From NCBI GenBank assembly GCA_900088475.1, contig FLMG01001487.1:59453-123452 (forward strand): 64,000 bases of DNA, written 5' to 3'. Source of the stretch: Hyphochytrium catenoides. Lineage: Eukaryota; Protista; Hyphochytriomycota. Below are positions 26,401-39,214 of the stretch, one piece after another; position 1 is the first letter of the stretch; each line of letters starts with the position of its first letter. A program made the position numbers and the translations under genes. A model generated the notes under the pieces. That model worked only from the letters and a program-made list of their open reading frames with translations, did no database searches and was not told the origin of the DNA.

Positions 26401-27922
26401 AAATGGCAGGAAATAGGGTTTCAAAGGTCAGTGATCTCTCTCCGGTGTACCGCGTCAAGCATGTGCCATCCATCAGTAGTTTCTCGTATCCATTATCCTT
26501 TTGTTCTCCTCCAAGAAGACTAGCCTTTCTGTCTCTACTCTTCACTGAAACTTTGTCATGGAAACAGGGGTGGGCCCAAGTCTGACCTCCGAGCGAGTGG
26601 ACTGCTAGGACTTCATTGTCTCGTCTACTTTGTTGAGCACTATCGGGTAGAGGTAGGGCCCAATAACCTTTAAATTGGTGAAGAAACGACCAAAGAGGGA
26701 GCGTAGAGGAAAGAGATAGGGGTCTCTTGGGATAAGGAAAGCCAGCGGAAGAGTTTAAGAGTGAGAGGGAAATTGACCACGAGCAGTTTCGAAAGAGCGC
26801 CAGAACGGTATTGGGACCTAGAAGGCCTCCGCAGCATGAACTGATGAAGTTTTCATAGTTCTTGCGCATGATGGAGGGGCAGATGCATACTCAAGGCGAC
26901 GTGAAGGTAATGGGATACCCTGTTTGCGTGGCTGGAATCAACGTCGTCGCTCTCATGGTGGAGATGTTTGGCTTTGGGGATGCGGGCATCCACACAGAGG
27001 GTAAGTAGGTGTCCCTGTTTCTCTGTTGGAATGTGGTTCTAAGCGGCATTCGTGCATAGTTGCTGCCTTCCCAACTACCTCTAGTTTCTCCATCCACTCA
27101 TCTAACGGTCTTTGCTCCGTCCGTCGAAGCTTTACCTCTCTGTTGATGATCCCATCACAAATCTTCAGCGGCGTCTGCGCCCTAGCCGTTGCGATTGTTT
27201 ATGTGCCAACATGTGCTCTTTCCCACTCCCATAAAGGTTGGTCGAAGACGTCCACGCAGTGCTTTGTAGCCTTAGTATGCGATGAGGCGCAGAAAGTTCT
27301 CGCCAGAAAGAATGATGCCTCGGTATGAGCTTTGCGCCCGACTTGCGTAGCCTCTTCTCACCTAACGAGTTACCTCCTAAATATGGTAGGCTGAAGCGAA
27401 CAGCTTGAAGTCTAAGGATAACGCAGACATGAAGACGAGCGAACTAGTGAATGACACGGGAATTTATGTGTTTGAAGAGCTCTTTGGCATCTTTATGCCG
27501 CTCCTTGATCGTTTGTTTGTGGAAATGGGCGCGGTACGGATTGACAATCTGCCTGTTACGGGGTCTTTGCTATCACCATCTGTTCTTTTTCTTTCTTTAG
27601 GCTGCTTCTAATCAGGTGTAGTCCTGACTGCGTCGTGCTGGCTCTTGCTTTGCTTCTACTAATCTTGTTAGATCCTTCTCTATCTCCCTCGGCTTCTCCT
27701 TTCGCGGATGAAACCTCTTCCTCATGCTGGTGTTCTTCGGTGTAGGGGTATATGGAATTCGGTCAGGTGCTGCTAGCTCTACGACGACAAATTACTTCTA
27801 TTTTGGCACGACAGCCACAGAGCCTAGAGCAAGTCAGGATTATGGCAAGAGAACCTGCAACCGACATCTTAGTGTCGCCACTGTTCGTGTCAGAGAATGC
27901 CCCAGTCCATGTGAGAGGCTAA
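23441..27922 (+). CDS. PH-domain and ELMO/CED-12 domain protein; multi-exon
   Basis: PH exons TGWALKRSSVMKSWSRRWFTLKR / TLAYYRSDK|EETPQKVIRL; ELMO exons LQRLWTAVFP, SPKWQEIGFQ, SDLRASGLLGLHCLVYFVEHY, GYPVCVAGINV, VFEELF, GYMEFGQVL...HVRG* (TAA 27920-27922). Confidence 0.87.
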
Positions 27923-28425
27923 TCTCGGCTAGCCAGGACCATCTTCTCCTGCCTGCCGAGGAACATTTTTAGTAGATGGTTAGAATAGGACTAATTTATT
28001 GCCCACCAGCATGTTCACTCTCCTCGGATCCCGTGCTATCTCTCTCATCCTTTCTATCCATGTGATGTCCAATTTCAACTCTGGCTTAGTCTACCGCAAG
28101 GCAAATAGCGCTTCTAGAAGCAAACAGGCAAGATCATTTATCAGCTGCATGGCTTCTTGCTAAAGGGAGATTTATAGAACGGCCGTAGACGTGAGAGGGC
28201 TCTCAGATGGCCTATCACTTATACGTTTTGTTTGACCACAGCCTGAGGAGAGAAACGGAGTATTCCCCTGCCAACGACGGCGAACAGTGTATGGATGAAG
28301 AAGGAGCTAAGAACGTTGAAGAATCAAACTGACCGTTCTCTTCCAACCCCACAACAAGATAATTTCTATTTTACATTAGTCAGTGATGGCTCGGCAAATT
28401 GAGCAACATCCTCTCTCTCTCTCTC

Positions 28426-29484
28426 TCAATCCTTCTCCCGAGCGAGAACCTCCAAGAGTCTCTCTCCATTATTCCTTTCTCTCTCTTCAGCAGCAGACAC
28501 CTCATTCCTTCCGACCCAACCGCGATATTGCCCTCCACCCGTTCTATCAGCTACGTAACCTGTGGAGAGTGGCTGAAGAAAGCCTAACATTGAGGAGCCC
28601 AACAGAAAAGGCACAGGTGTGCGTCCGTCCTTCGCCTTCGAAGGCGGACGACCAGCTTTCCGAGGAGTGGACGAAGGAGACACAGAGGATGACGAAGGCG
28701 AAGAGGAAGACGAAGAAGAGGATTCTTTTCTGTGCTTCCTCTTTCCTGTCTTTTTCCGGTCTTTCTTCCTCGTTTCCTTATCCTTCTTTCGTCTCTCCTT
28801 CTTGCGGCGTTTTGACCGGCGCTCTCCTTTCTCTTCACGTCCATTCTCTGAGCACGGAGATCTGCCAACGGTTGCTCTAGTCTCAGGGCTCGGACTCCGC
28901 CTCCTGCTCCTGATTTTGCTCCTTGTCTTACTTCTGCTCCTCTTACTCTCTCTGCTGCTGCTCCTGCTCCTACTTCTGCTTTTACCTCTGTGCCTGCCCC
29001 TACTTCTGCTCCTACTTCTGCTTCTAGTCCCACCACTCCTGCTTCTACTCTCGCTTCGGACGTGCCTTGGCTCTCTCTGCCTGCTCGATCCGCAAGAGGG
29101 GCTCCTGCGCCGACTTATCGATATTGATCAGCGGAGCATTAAGGGTTACAAAGGAGAGAAACAAGAATAAAAGCAACACTCTAAGGAGAAATTATAAACA
29201 CTTCAGATTTTTGAGGTAGATAGTGCAGTGACGCAGGGCCCAACGGGAAGAGTTAGAAGCCTTTCTTTGGGAACAGAAGAACAAACATCACTACCGCCCG
29301 CGTCAGCACGGTACCTTATGGAGAGATAGACCGTCAAGGAGACTGATCGTGCAAGATGGTGAAGAAAGTACCTGAAGGAAGCTGCTCTCTCGCGGCGATC
29401 TGCAATCTCTACCCGTCTACCTCTTGACCGCTCACTACTACCTTGGCCTCGAGGGCTGCCATAACTGCGGTCCCTTTCTCCCAT
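28426..29484 (-). CDS. Arginine/serine-rich (RS-repeat), lysine-rich protein; spliced, 3' end uncertain
   Basis: Exon 1 MGERDRSYGSPRGQGSSERSRGRR..., donor near 29371; minus frame across ~29130-28426 reads SRSRSRSRGRHRGKSRSRSRS...KERRKKDKETRKKDRKK...SSSSSSS. No folded domain recognised. Confidence 0.6.
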
Positions 29485-30172
29485 CTTTAGCCTAGCTCAT
29501 ACTCAACCCCACTTGGCCTCGGATGGAGGAGCGATGATGGTATGGCGGAAGGTAACCAGGCGAGCAGAGAGCGCATACGTCGTCACACAGTCCCTGCAAG
29601 GACCGCGGCAAGTAGGGGCAAAGCTTGCAAGTAGAGTTATCTGCAGAAAGCTCTGAAAGTGAGAGCGCATCAGGTGTCTGATGGTGCGTTCCCCTCCCCA
29701 GAATAAATAACAGACTTCATAAACTTTTGAAACACCCGCGAATCTATAGGGTTTCCAGGCCCAGGCCTTAAGGCGACATTCTCTAGCCAGTTCACACCTT
29801 GTTGCTCCATTACTCACATTTTTTTCTTTGTGGAATTCTTATAAGTTTGTATACCGCGTCAATTTCTGGTCAGGCTTTCATTGACAGAGTGAGCTGCTGA
29901 TCTTTGAGGACGGCTCAAGGTCCAAGGGCCCAACATAGCGAGGACAGGTAGCAGGTCGGTGCATGGGACAGGGGAGGAGGGCCCAGCGATGGGCACTGGG
30001 GCGCCAGACAGAGCTTATGAGTGCATTGTGGAAGTTCATTTATCGCTGCAGCCAGCAGCAGTGGTAAAGACGGAGACGACAGAGAGAGAGAGGCCTCCGG
30101 TCGCTCGCTTGCTTATCAACCTAGCTCTCTTTCTTCTTCTCTACTTTTCCCCTGCAACTACGAGCTCAACCT

Positions 30173-33100
30173 CTAGAAGAAGCCTGCTTCTACCATTCTG
30201 AAGCAATTCAGAATCTCTCCATCTACCTCGTCGGTGAACACCCGTTTGTTCAGCTCCGAGCTTAACCTAGAAAGCGATCTCGAATACTGAAAGGGCACGA
30301 AAGGAGGTGATTTGTGGGATAAGAGAGCGGAGTGCAGAGCAAAGCCGTAAGTATTGGTAGATATACAAGAAGAGGAAGGAGGCCAAAGGCGAGGTTTACA
30401 CAATAGGCTGTTGACTCTCAATGAAAGTTCCAGGGACTATACCTTTCTTAAAAAGCCGACGAAGCGACTCAGGGTGGCGATGTACCAATTATCCTCCGGG
30501 CTGACTCCATCGGCCTTGCAGTTCTCGAGGTGCTCGGTCATAATGCGGACAAAACCCTGACAAAATCGAGTGGACGCTCCTTAGGCCGCTATCCTCGCTT
30601 TACTTTTAACCCTCCAGCTTCCCTACGACTCTCACAGACCTCTTCACCATGCCCTGTAACCCATATCTTCCATCAAACCCATCCGGGGCGAGGTAGCACT
30701 CATCTTACTCTCACTCCTTCACGGATTCAGTCGTTTAGGCTAAGCGACGCAAAAAAGTAACCTGACTGCAAAAATGGAAATCTCCATCAATCACCCTGAC
30801 TTACCTCGCAGATGCCCACAAGTGCCCTATCATAGTCTTCTTGATGGCCTGAGAATTTCGTTCTTAGACCTCCGTTCTCATCTTGAGGCAGACAAACACT
30901 CGAGCCATTATTGCAACCAAGCAAGGCGAGCGGAAGAACGAATAAGGACAGGGAGATAGAAATGGGAAGAGACAAACCGCAGCTGATCCATAGTGATTTG
31001 AAGGCTAGAATTACCTTCTTTCTCAGCTTCGGCTGGGACCAGTTCATCGACAAGCTTCGCTTGCTCAGGCTGACCCTTGCCGATGACTACGAAATGGACT
31101 CCGTGGATATTCTCCTCCGCTGTTCTTAAAGTGCAATGTAGGATTTCCCAGCAGTATGGCCTACAGGTAGGCCATTATTAAGTGCAGTAGATTTACTGGA
31201 GATAAAGACAGAGAGCATTGCCAGACAGCCTCCCATAGGCATAGACCAAGGAACGAATGATGTAAGTGAACCTGGGACACAATAACAGAAGAAGAGGAAA
31301 GATGATGCTCATGCAATAGAGTATTTTTAGTGATAAGAGAAGGATGCGGGCCGCGCGGCTAAAAAAGAGTGCGATAGGAGAGGTAGGAGTGGCAACAAAA
31401 GAATGGTCACCAACCATTGGAAGGTGTTGGCGATATTCTCTGAGAAAAGCCAACTTGCAATGGTTTGCACCCTCAGAACCTTCCTTCGCACTAAGACATC
31501 AATGGTGATGGCGACGTTCTGTCAGGCAAAGTTTGATCAGTCTAACCAGATACGACCATGAAAAGATAGCCACCACACATTAGGAACCATAGTGGTGAGA
31601 CAAACGCCAAATGTTTGAGAGCAACAGGGAGGACCATAGCAGTAGTTCTAAAGAGCGAGACCTGGGGACACGACTGCCAGACGGTCGAGATGGCCTCAAC
31701 AGCTGCCCTCTGTCCTTCCTCCCTCTCCATCAGCTGAGTCAGGCAAGGAAGATACCTGCAGTAGCCAGCCTGACGATAAGCGATTGTCCTTCATTCATTC
31801 CTTATCCTACTACTTTCAACAATCACCTCCTGAGCTGACCGTGTCTCCTGTTCCTTCTACTCTCTTTCTCTCTGATACCTCATCTTCTGACCTGTCAATC
31901 AGTAGCCTGGAATGGCTGAGAGTAGATGCCCCTGTGATCAGCAGCGCGTGAATGAGCACTTCCGTCCTTTCTCCTTCAGTGCCAGGAGCAGACGAAAGAA
32001 ACTCCGAAAGTTCCGATGCCGTAACACGCTCCCCTGTCTTCAAACGAAGTGGATCAACATCAACTAAGGAGAATGTAAAGTGTTGATTTGCAGACTATGA
32101 CAGGAGGACGGCAGCAAGCGGAGTGATGACCTATATAAAGAAAGACAACCATAGCCATAAACTTCGTACCTCTGAGGGCGAGATCTTCTCTTTCAACTTC
32201 TGCGCAAGCTCTCTCTTCTTGTCCATCTCTTCCTTCTGTATGTCGTCTTCTCCATCAGCTCCTGGCGTGGGCGAGTAAAACGGGCTGACGGGCTGAGAAG
32301 GAGGAGGGAGGAGTGCATGGAACTCTGGTGGTAGAAGCTTCTGGATGTGTTCATAATAGGCCAAGCGTACTGACTCCTCTAGAACGTGAGAAACGAACAA
32401 GCGCTGGGAGAGAGAGCACACAAGGAGAATGTTAGGGTCTCAATGCTTCACCTCAGCTCTTGGCCGAGACTAGAACCCAGGAGGTAGACAAAATTAGTGG
32501 ATAGCTAGCACCCGAGATGACTTAGCGCAAGAAGCTGTCGAGTCCAACGACTCCATACGCTGGGAATAACAGGCTATAGAGGGAGTTTGTTGAGCAAAGG
32601 AGGGAAGGAAGTCAGGATAGTAGCATATAGCGCAGACCCTAACCTGGGGATCATCCTCCTCCACATCCGCGCCGCAGACATCTTTCCAGTGGTCCCAGAC
32701 CCACTTCCACTCAAAATTTGACAGGAAATGGGAAAAAAGGTACGCGAAGCGGTCTCTTCCATTGGCGTCCATGTCTGCTACCTTTCTATAGAGCAGCTCG
32801 AAGATAACAGCAATAGCAGGGGAGTACAAGGAAGAGTCCTCTTTTATGGCAAAAACGACGACCGAGCACAGATAGGGGACAGGAAGAGGACTGACACAGG
32901 AAAAAAGATGATAGCGGAAAGGATGACGAGGAAGAGAGCGATGAGTAAGGAAGAGCGAGAACAGTTGTCAGTGCTGACGGGAGTCTCACTACTTAGGGGC
33001 ATTGATAAAGCATGTAAAAAGAGACGGCATTGCACGATAGAAGAGAGGATCAGATGCTTCAGTTGAGTGGAGATAAAGTATCCGCTTTAGGTCAACGACA

Positions 33101-36100
33101 AGGCGATTATGCTACAAGAGAAAGGAATTGATGAGGTACTCCTGAGATAAGGGTTGATCCGTACAGAGGCGAGTTGGAATTCCGACAATGATTGTCACTG
33201 ACCATTCTGGTAACTGCAGGAGAAGAAGGTAAATGACCTCCAATAGCAGGAACTCAGGTCGAACAGCCTCCGGTAGCTCCATTTGACGACATAACTTCAG
33301 GAGATGGAAGAGTTGGCGCGCAGCATGTTCAGGATATGGGTGAAGCGACTGCGAAGGTGAAAGGTTAGTGCCAAAGGCCATTCCACGCAAGCCTCAGGGA
33401 ATGGGTGCCTCCTTCAGCGGTGTATTAATGAGAAACGCTTCAAGATCCCGTCACAGGAGGTGGAAAGACAGGGGCAACCGTCTTTGGGTCCAGGTGAAAT
33501 TGCAGATAACAATCAAGCAAAACCTCTACTTGATAGGAGTAAAAGATAGAAGAAATAGAAGGTAGTCGAAAATAACCTGGAGCACATCCACCAGGTGAAG
33601 AGAAATCAGAGTCCTCGCAGAGGTGTCAAGGAGGCTTATCGCGGCTCCAATCTCCCCACTTTCCGAGTCGAACAGCCGTTCCAGCTTGAAAGAAGGAGGC
33701 TGCGAGGACCACAACTACAAAGATATTGTAAGAGCGCCACGTGAATGACGGGAGGAGGGGCGAGACTTCGAACAAAGAGATAATCAGGCTCACCGGAGAG
33801 TGAGCTAGTAACCAGGCAGAACACTAAATTTTGGGGATAGGCCGCCATTCTAGCGCGCGAGAAAGCAACTAGGGTCACGCAAAGCGAAGATAAGATGGAG
33901 TGCAGCAAGCGTTATAGGAAACTGTTAGTCGAAAGACGAAAGCCCAAAAAATGCCCGTTACTCGGAGTTCCTGGGCATTACCTCTTCAGGAAGCTGCAGA
34001 ACTTCTAGAGGGCGCGCATTCTCCTTGTCACCCAACCTTTCGAGCAACTCATCCGCTTCTGCAGGCCTCGGTAATCCTGGATGACTCCATGAGGCGCTTT
34101 GCACAGCTTCAAAGGTCACCCACAGAGAGGATACGAGATCCACGACCTGGACATGGTCGACATGCAAAGGTGGGTTTAGGAACAGGACAGGGCACCGAAA
34201 GACAGATCAAAGCGTGCGGGATAACTTCCGACAAAACGGCATCTGACTTCAGGGAATAGTTCTAAAGAAGCTGCCGAAGATGAATAGGAGGTAATGAATA
34301 ACGTGGTGTGCCCAACAAGAACGAGAAAGGAGTGACCCTTGAACTTATTGAAGCATCTGAAGGCCTAATCGCGGTGTCGTGAATTGCTATTGAAGAGCTC
34401 GCAAGGCTTGATAGAGTCGGCAACAAGGATTGAGGTGTATAGACGGCATATAACAAGTACCTCGTAGCTCTTCTCGTTCTGGGTGGCCCATAGCTTTGAC
34501 GCCTTCCAGCGGTTGAGACGGATTGCTCTGCCGTTTCCCGTGTTTCTACGCTCTATGAACTCCCTCAATCCGTCCACGACCTGCAAGTGCGACTGCGGAT
34601 CCGCCTTTTCAAGAGTACTTCCACCCTACATGTCCCATGAAAGAAGAGGTGCTTAGACTACGATGAAATGCAAGCACAAGGGTTCTTTGCTATGGGCAAG
34701 ACAAAGACTTGTGAGGCTTGAGCAAGAGGAAACGTTTCGTAGCCCGGTGGCACAGAGTGACAGTAGGATAGCCAGCAACCTACGGTGACAAATTTAGAGT
34801 CTTGCCATCGAAAACAGAGATTTGAGGTAAGGAAATCGGCGAAGATTGCCGGTGGCTTACAACTAGCAATGCTTCAATGATAGTCCTAGCGATGAAGTCC
34901 TGAAAGAGGGAAGAGGCTGAGGTCGCTGCTGATTCGTCTGCCAATCCTGATGCTAGACCCCTAAGCAGCTCCAAGAGATCCCCAAGAGCCACCACATGTG
35001 CTACACTGAGGTCTGTGAGGAAGAGGATCTGGTAGCTGATGTCAGCAGCAGCCAATAAGTACTCATTCTACCAGGTTACAAGTCCATCCTCCTGCAGCAG
35101 TCACTCTCATCTATCTGAAGCTTGTGCTGTTGGGTTAGCTTGTACTGATGGGTTATAAATGAACCTTGCGAGCCAATCCCATCTCCCAGTCGCCCTTCAC
35201 ACCCAAATGCTCCGACATCGTCTGGATCCAGCTACTTCCACGCACCGTGGCTCTCAGCTTGAAAAATGGGTCACCAGTTCCAGTAACGTTGAACAAGGAC
35301 GCACTTGGGTCTCTTTCCTTCCAGCTCTTCGCCGACTGTACCCCTTCCGCAAGCTGATCTTGAAGCTCCTGAACAAGGCGCTCACCTAGTTCAGGCGCTC
35401 GGTGATGCAAAAGACCAGCTAACGCCGCGATGGTGCTGCTTTTTATGCTACGGTAAAGGGAGCTGAAAGACAAGGAAACAGTTTGAGAAATGAGCCGAGC
35501 GGGGCCCATGCGTAAGATCGTGGAGAGGTGAAGAGCAGGCCGTTGTGTAAGCAAAAGAGGCAGAGGCGCAGTATGTAACAAGCTCAGCAGGATCCTGAGA
35601 GATGTCCCGAGATAGAATAGCATTTAAAGGAAAACATCTGTTCGAAGAGCATCTACTCCGTGGTCAATACGGGTAAGTGCCCTGCCGATGGATTCCAAGG
35701 CAGTAAAGTAGGATATCACAAGGCCGTCCACTCACCACTTGATGAAGATCTTCACAATGGTGTCTAACTGAGTGGGCAGGTCCTTTTCCAGAATGTCTCC
35801 AACCTTAAGGGCCTCGCCCGCCAGTGAAGNNNNNNNNNNNNNNNNNNGCCTTCTCTCCTCTATCACTGCGGGATCTTCTCTAGGCTCCTGTCTTGGTCTC
35901 TTGAATGGCTCTCCACCCTCTCTTCCTCCTGGGCCATTTCTTCTATTGTGATAGTCACCTCCTCCCCCTCCTCTCCGATCATTCCATCTCCTCGAGTCTG
36001 GGTGGCCGCCGTAACCACCTCCGCCTCCCCTATCATAGCGCCCGAAGTCCCTTCTCGGAGGCCTCTGATAGCCTCCTCCGCCTCCGTAGAAGTCGCTCAT
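30173..36100 (-). CDS. NCBP1: Nuclear cap-binding protein subunit 1 (CBP80); multi-exon
   Basis: KSSTIAALAGLL, YSPAIAVIFELLYRKVADMD..RDRFAYLFSHFLSNFEWKWVWDHW, FVSHVLEESVRLAYYEHIQKLLP, CWEILHCTL, FVRIMTEHLENCKADG; last exon ends VEAGFF* at 30173; G/R-rich N-terminus. N gap at 35830-35847. Confidence 0.93.
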
Positions 36101-36380
36101 CAGTCCAGAAGCCTCGAAGAAGCTCGACGACGAGGATGACGGGGCTCCTGTTGGCTGTTCTTAGGCTGGAAGTAGAAGAGGAGGATGACCTGTCGTCGCC
36201 ACTCTCTTGCGATGGCGTTAAAACAATCGCTTCTCTATTGTCTGTCTCTCTCCTCTATTAGAACAGGTGCAGGCCAACTCAATAGAGCTCCTACCTACCC
36301 TTCGCTCACTTCCTCTGGCGTTGACTCTTCCACCTTCCACCTCCCCTGACCGATCTGCCTGGCTTCGTCGAGGAGTCCTC

Positions 36381-36525
36381 ATCTCTCTCTCTCTCTCTCT
36401 TCTCTCTCTCTGTCGCTGTCTCTGTCTTTCTCTCTTTGTCTCTCTCTCTCTCTGTCTCTCTGTCTCTCTGTCTCTCTGTCTCTCTGTCTCTCTGTCTCTC
36501 TGTCTCTCTGTCTCTCTGTCTCTGT
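36381..36525. repeat. Compound (CT)n/(CTGTCTCT)n microsatellite in the divergent NCBP1-EngB intergenic region
   Basis: About 145 bp of tctctc/tctctgtc units seen directly. Confidence 0.95.
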
Positions 36526-36880
36526 CCCTGGCGTTAGAAGTGCCGCTAAATGGGAGGAGAAGCAGCCTCGAAAGCTTGCATCGGATCTGAGGCAAGGGTG
36601 GGTGGGCTCTCATTCTCCTTGACTCTCGAGGCAGCTTCGAGGGCGGATGGGTCAGTTTAGCCAAAGTCCGAGGGGTTGTCTGAGGCTGTTGATCTGAAAA
36701 GAGATCAGAAGTCAGAAGCTCCATCGTCACAGCAAAGGAACGGACACAATAGAGACTCCAACCTGACCGACTGCTTCTGGGTAGCTCTGAGGTCTAAGGC
36801 GACCGGGATAGCCGTCCGAAGCCATCGGACCGAGGAGGGACTTCCTGATGAAGATCCTACGGCTGGAGATAGTAGCCAAC

Positions 36881-38900
36881 ATGCTAGTAACAAGCCGCAT
36901 CAAGCACTCTCGTGGGCTGACATGGAGGTTCCTTTCAACAAAAGCTAAACGACCGACAGGAAAGGAAAATGCTACTGCAGTGCCACTGAAGAAGAAACTC
37001 TCTCAAAGAGAGAAGCGGTTAGAGAAGTTCAAGAACCAGGTGTGCCATTCTTGCCGCACTACTTCTGCTCCTCCTTCTTTGCCTTTGGCTGTCCCGCCGG
37101 ACTCTTTTGCAGCGCTCCAGGCTTCGTCATCCCTTGGCTCCCCTCCGCCACCTTTCTTGCACTGTTTGCTCTTCCCTTGTGTCCCTTTAAAAGGGGCTGT
37201 TCGGACTTATGGCGCTTACTGCATGGAACGCTTCCCCAGTCCGTCATCCCTTTGTATGACGACGTCCCTCCATTGCGCTATTCCCATGCTGATCGGAGCA
37301 GAACAGAGAGACTTTTCTCCATGGAGTCCCAAAGGGTTGGGACAGTGACTGCAGGTGGCACACCGCCTGACTGGACTGTCCCAGAAATTGCTTTTGCTGG
37401 ACGTTCAAACGTTGGTAAATCTTCTTTAGTTAATGCACTTCTTAAGCAGCAGCTTGCACGCTCTAGCAAGACTCCCGGCCGGACGCAACAGGTACACACT
37501 TCTTCGTAGTTGCCATTGATCTTCTTTGGTCTCAGAAACGTGTACTCTCTCAATGTTCTGTGACTATATATGAACTCCGCCATCGTACCTGGCTGACCTC
37601 TTGTTTTCGTCTTCCTGCTTGGTTATGCCTTGCGGCCCATGCCTATTCGAACGGCTCCCTTCTATTGCACCCGTCAGTGCTCTTCTACTTTTTTCTACCT
37701 GTCTGTGGGATTGACGTCCCAGCATACCTTGTCAATGCCCTAAATAGTATCCTTCGGACTTTGCCAGCTGCACTTTTTTTCCATAGGGGGAAAGCATGGC
37801 TCTGTCCCTGATATTTGTTTGGTAGACATGCCAGGCTACGGATTCGCTCACGCTCCGAAGAAGCATGTTGACTCCTGGCACGAATTAATAGGATCGTATG
37901 TGACCGGGTCCAGCATCGAGACTCTTAAGAGAGTCTTCGTGCTCATCGACTCGAGGTACGAAAGGCCAGCCGATCTCACGTCGACTGAAGTCGCTTTTCA
38001 GTCCGTTCTCACGCCTCTGTTCGCGTCTACCACCATGTCTTATGTAAAAATTTGGTAGCATGTAGCATATTGGTCCCTGATGCGCGAGCTCCCTTTGTCA
38101 CAACCCTTTGACAACTGGTCTGCAATTGTCCTGCCTTTGGTCCTCTCTACCACACCACCGTGCACACAGACATCTATCATACGGCCAATGATTGCTGGCT
38201 GTCTCTCTAACCTCTCTGTTCCACTTGAATGTAGGCGCGGTCTAATGAGCGCCGACGTTGACTTCATGCAGTACATGGATACCTTCGGTGTTGCGTATCA
38301 GATCGTCTTGACCAAAGGGGACTTTGTATCCTTCTCAAACCACCCTTATAAATACTTTCTCCTGTTTAATCGACTACAAGCTCTATTGGGTCATAATCCT
38401 TAACCGTATTCTCTGTTGCATCAGCTTACCGCTACAAAGTTTGAGGAGCTTGCCAATCAATTAAGGGAAGCCAATCGAAGCATTCTCAAGGTCAGGTTTG
38501 AGAGAGATTTACGCTAGAGAACTTTGGATAAGATTCCTGGTCCCTTCCCCTTTTCAACCGCAGCTGCAACCTTCTTTTCTCGATGACTATCTTAGGATTT
38601 ACTGTACTCTGCAAGCCGACAGTAGTATTTTACGTGAAGGGGCCCTCCCAGAACAATCACTGTTCTTCATGACTTTACACGGATTCACTTTCGTTCTCAG
38701 ACTGTGGTGAATGTTGACAGTACTAGGGCTAATGCCGCTCCTTTCGTTGTCAGTAGGCTTTGCTGCCTCACGTACACATTACTAGCTCGCACATGGACTT
38801 TGGCATCGGGGCTTTGCGGCTAAACATCATGGATGCCGCGGGTTTTATAAACCCCCTAGTTGACAGGACCGAGTTGCCGCCTGAACAGCTATGGAGTTGA
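36881..38900 (+). CDS. EngB/YihA (GTPBP8-like) ribosome biogenesis GTPase, probably organellar; multi-exon
   Basis: [55 protein letters not shown]; basic, acid-free N-terminus ([21 protein letters not shown]) resembles a mitochondrial presequence; ends PPEQLWS*. Confidence 0.93.
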
Positions 38901-39214
38901 GTGGAACATACATGGAACAGAAAGGTTTTCACTATGGAACTTCCTACCACTGTCTTCATATAGCGTCAGGACGTCATGTGGGACATCTTTTGCGGTTTTT
39001 GCCGCAACGTACACTTCTGAGGGTATCAGTTCGTTCCGCCCGCGCGACTCAACATGGTACACCGACGGGGAGGTCTTTGTCAACTGTCGCCTCAACATTA
39101 CGTTTGATGGAAGTGCTAAGTTGACATTCTGCTCCGGAGTCATACCCCGGGAAAGATACTAAGACTTCCCTGTCCGCAGACGAGTAAGCATAAACGAGAT
39201 ACATTAATCCCTTT

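Noticed and set aside
28619-29170. Leucine-rich 183-aa plus ORF resembling a membrane protein
   Set aside because: Reverse complement of the RS/K-rich coding repeats.
36218-36730. RDRETERQ-repeat and LSLCLS-repeat ORFs
   Set aside because: Translations of the CT microsatellite.
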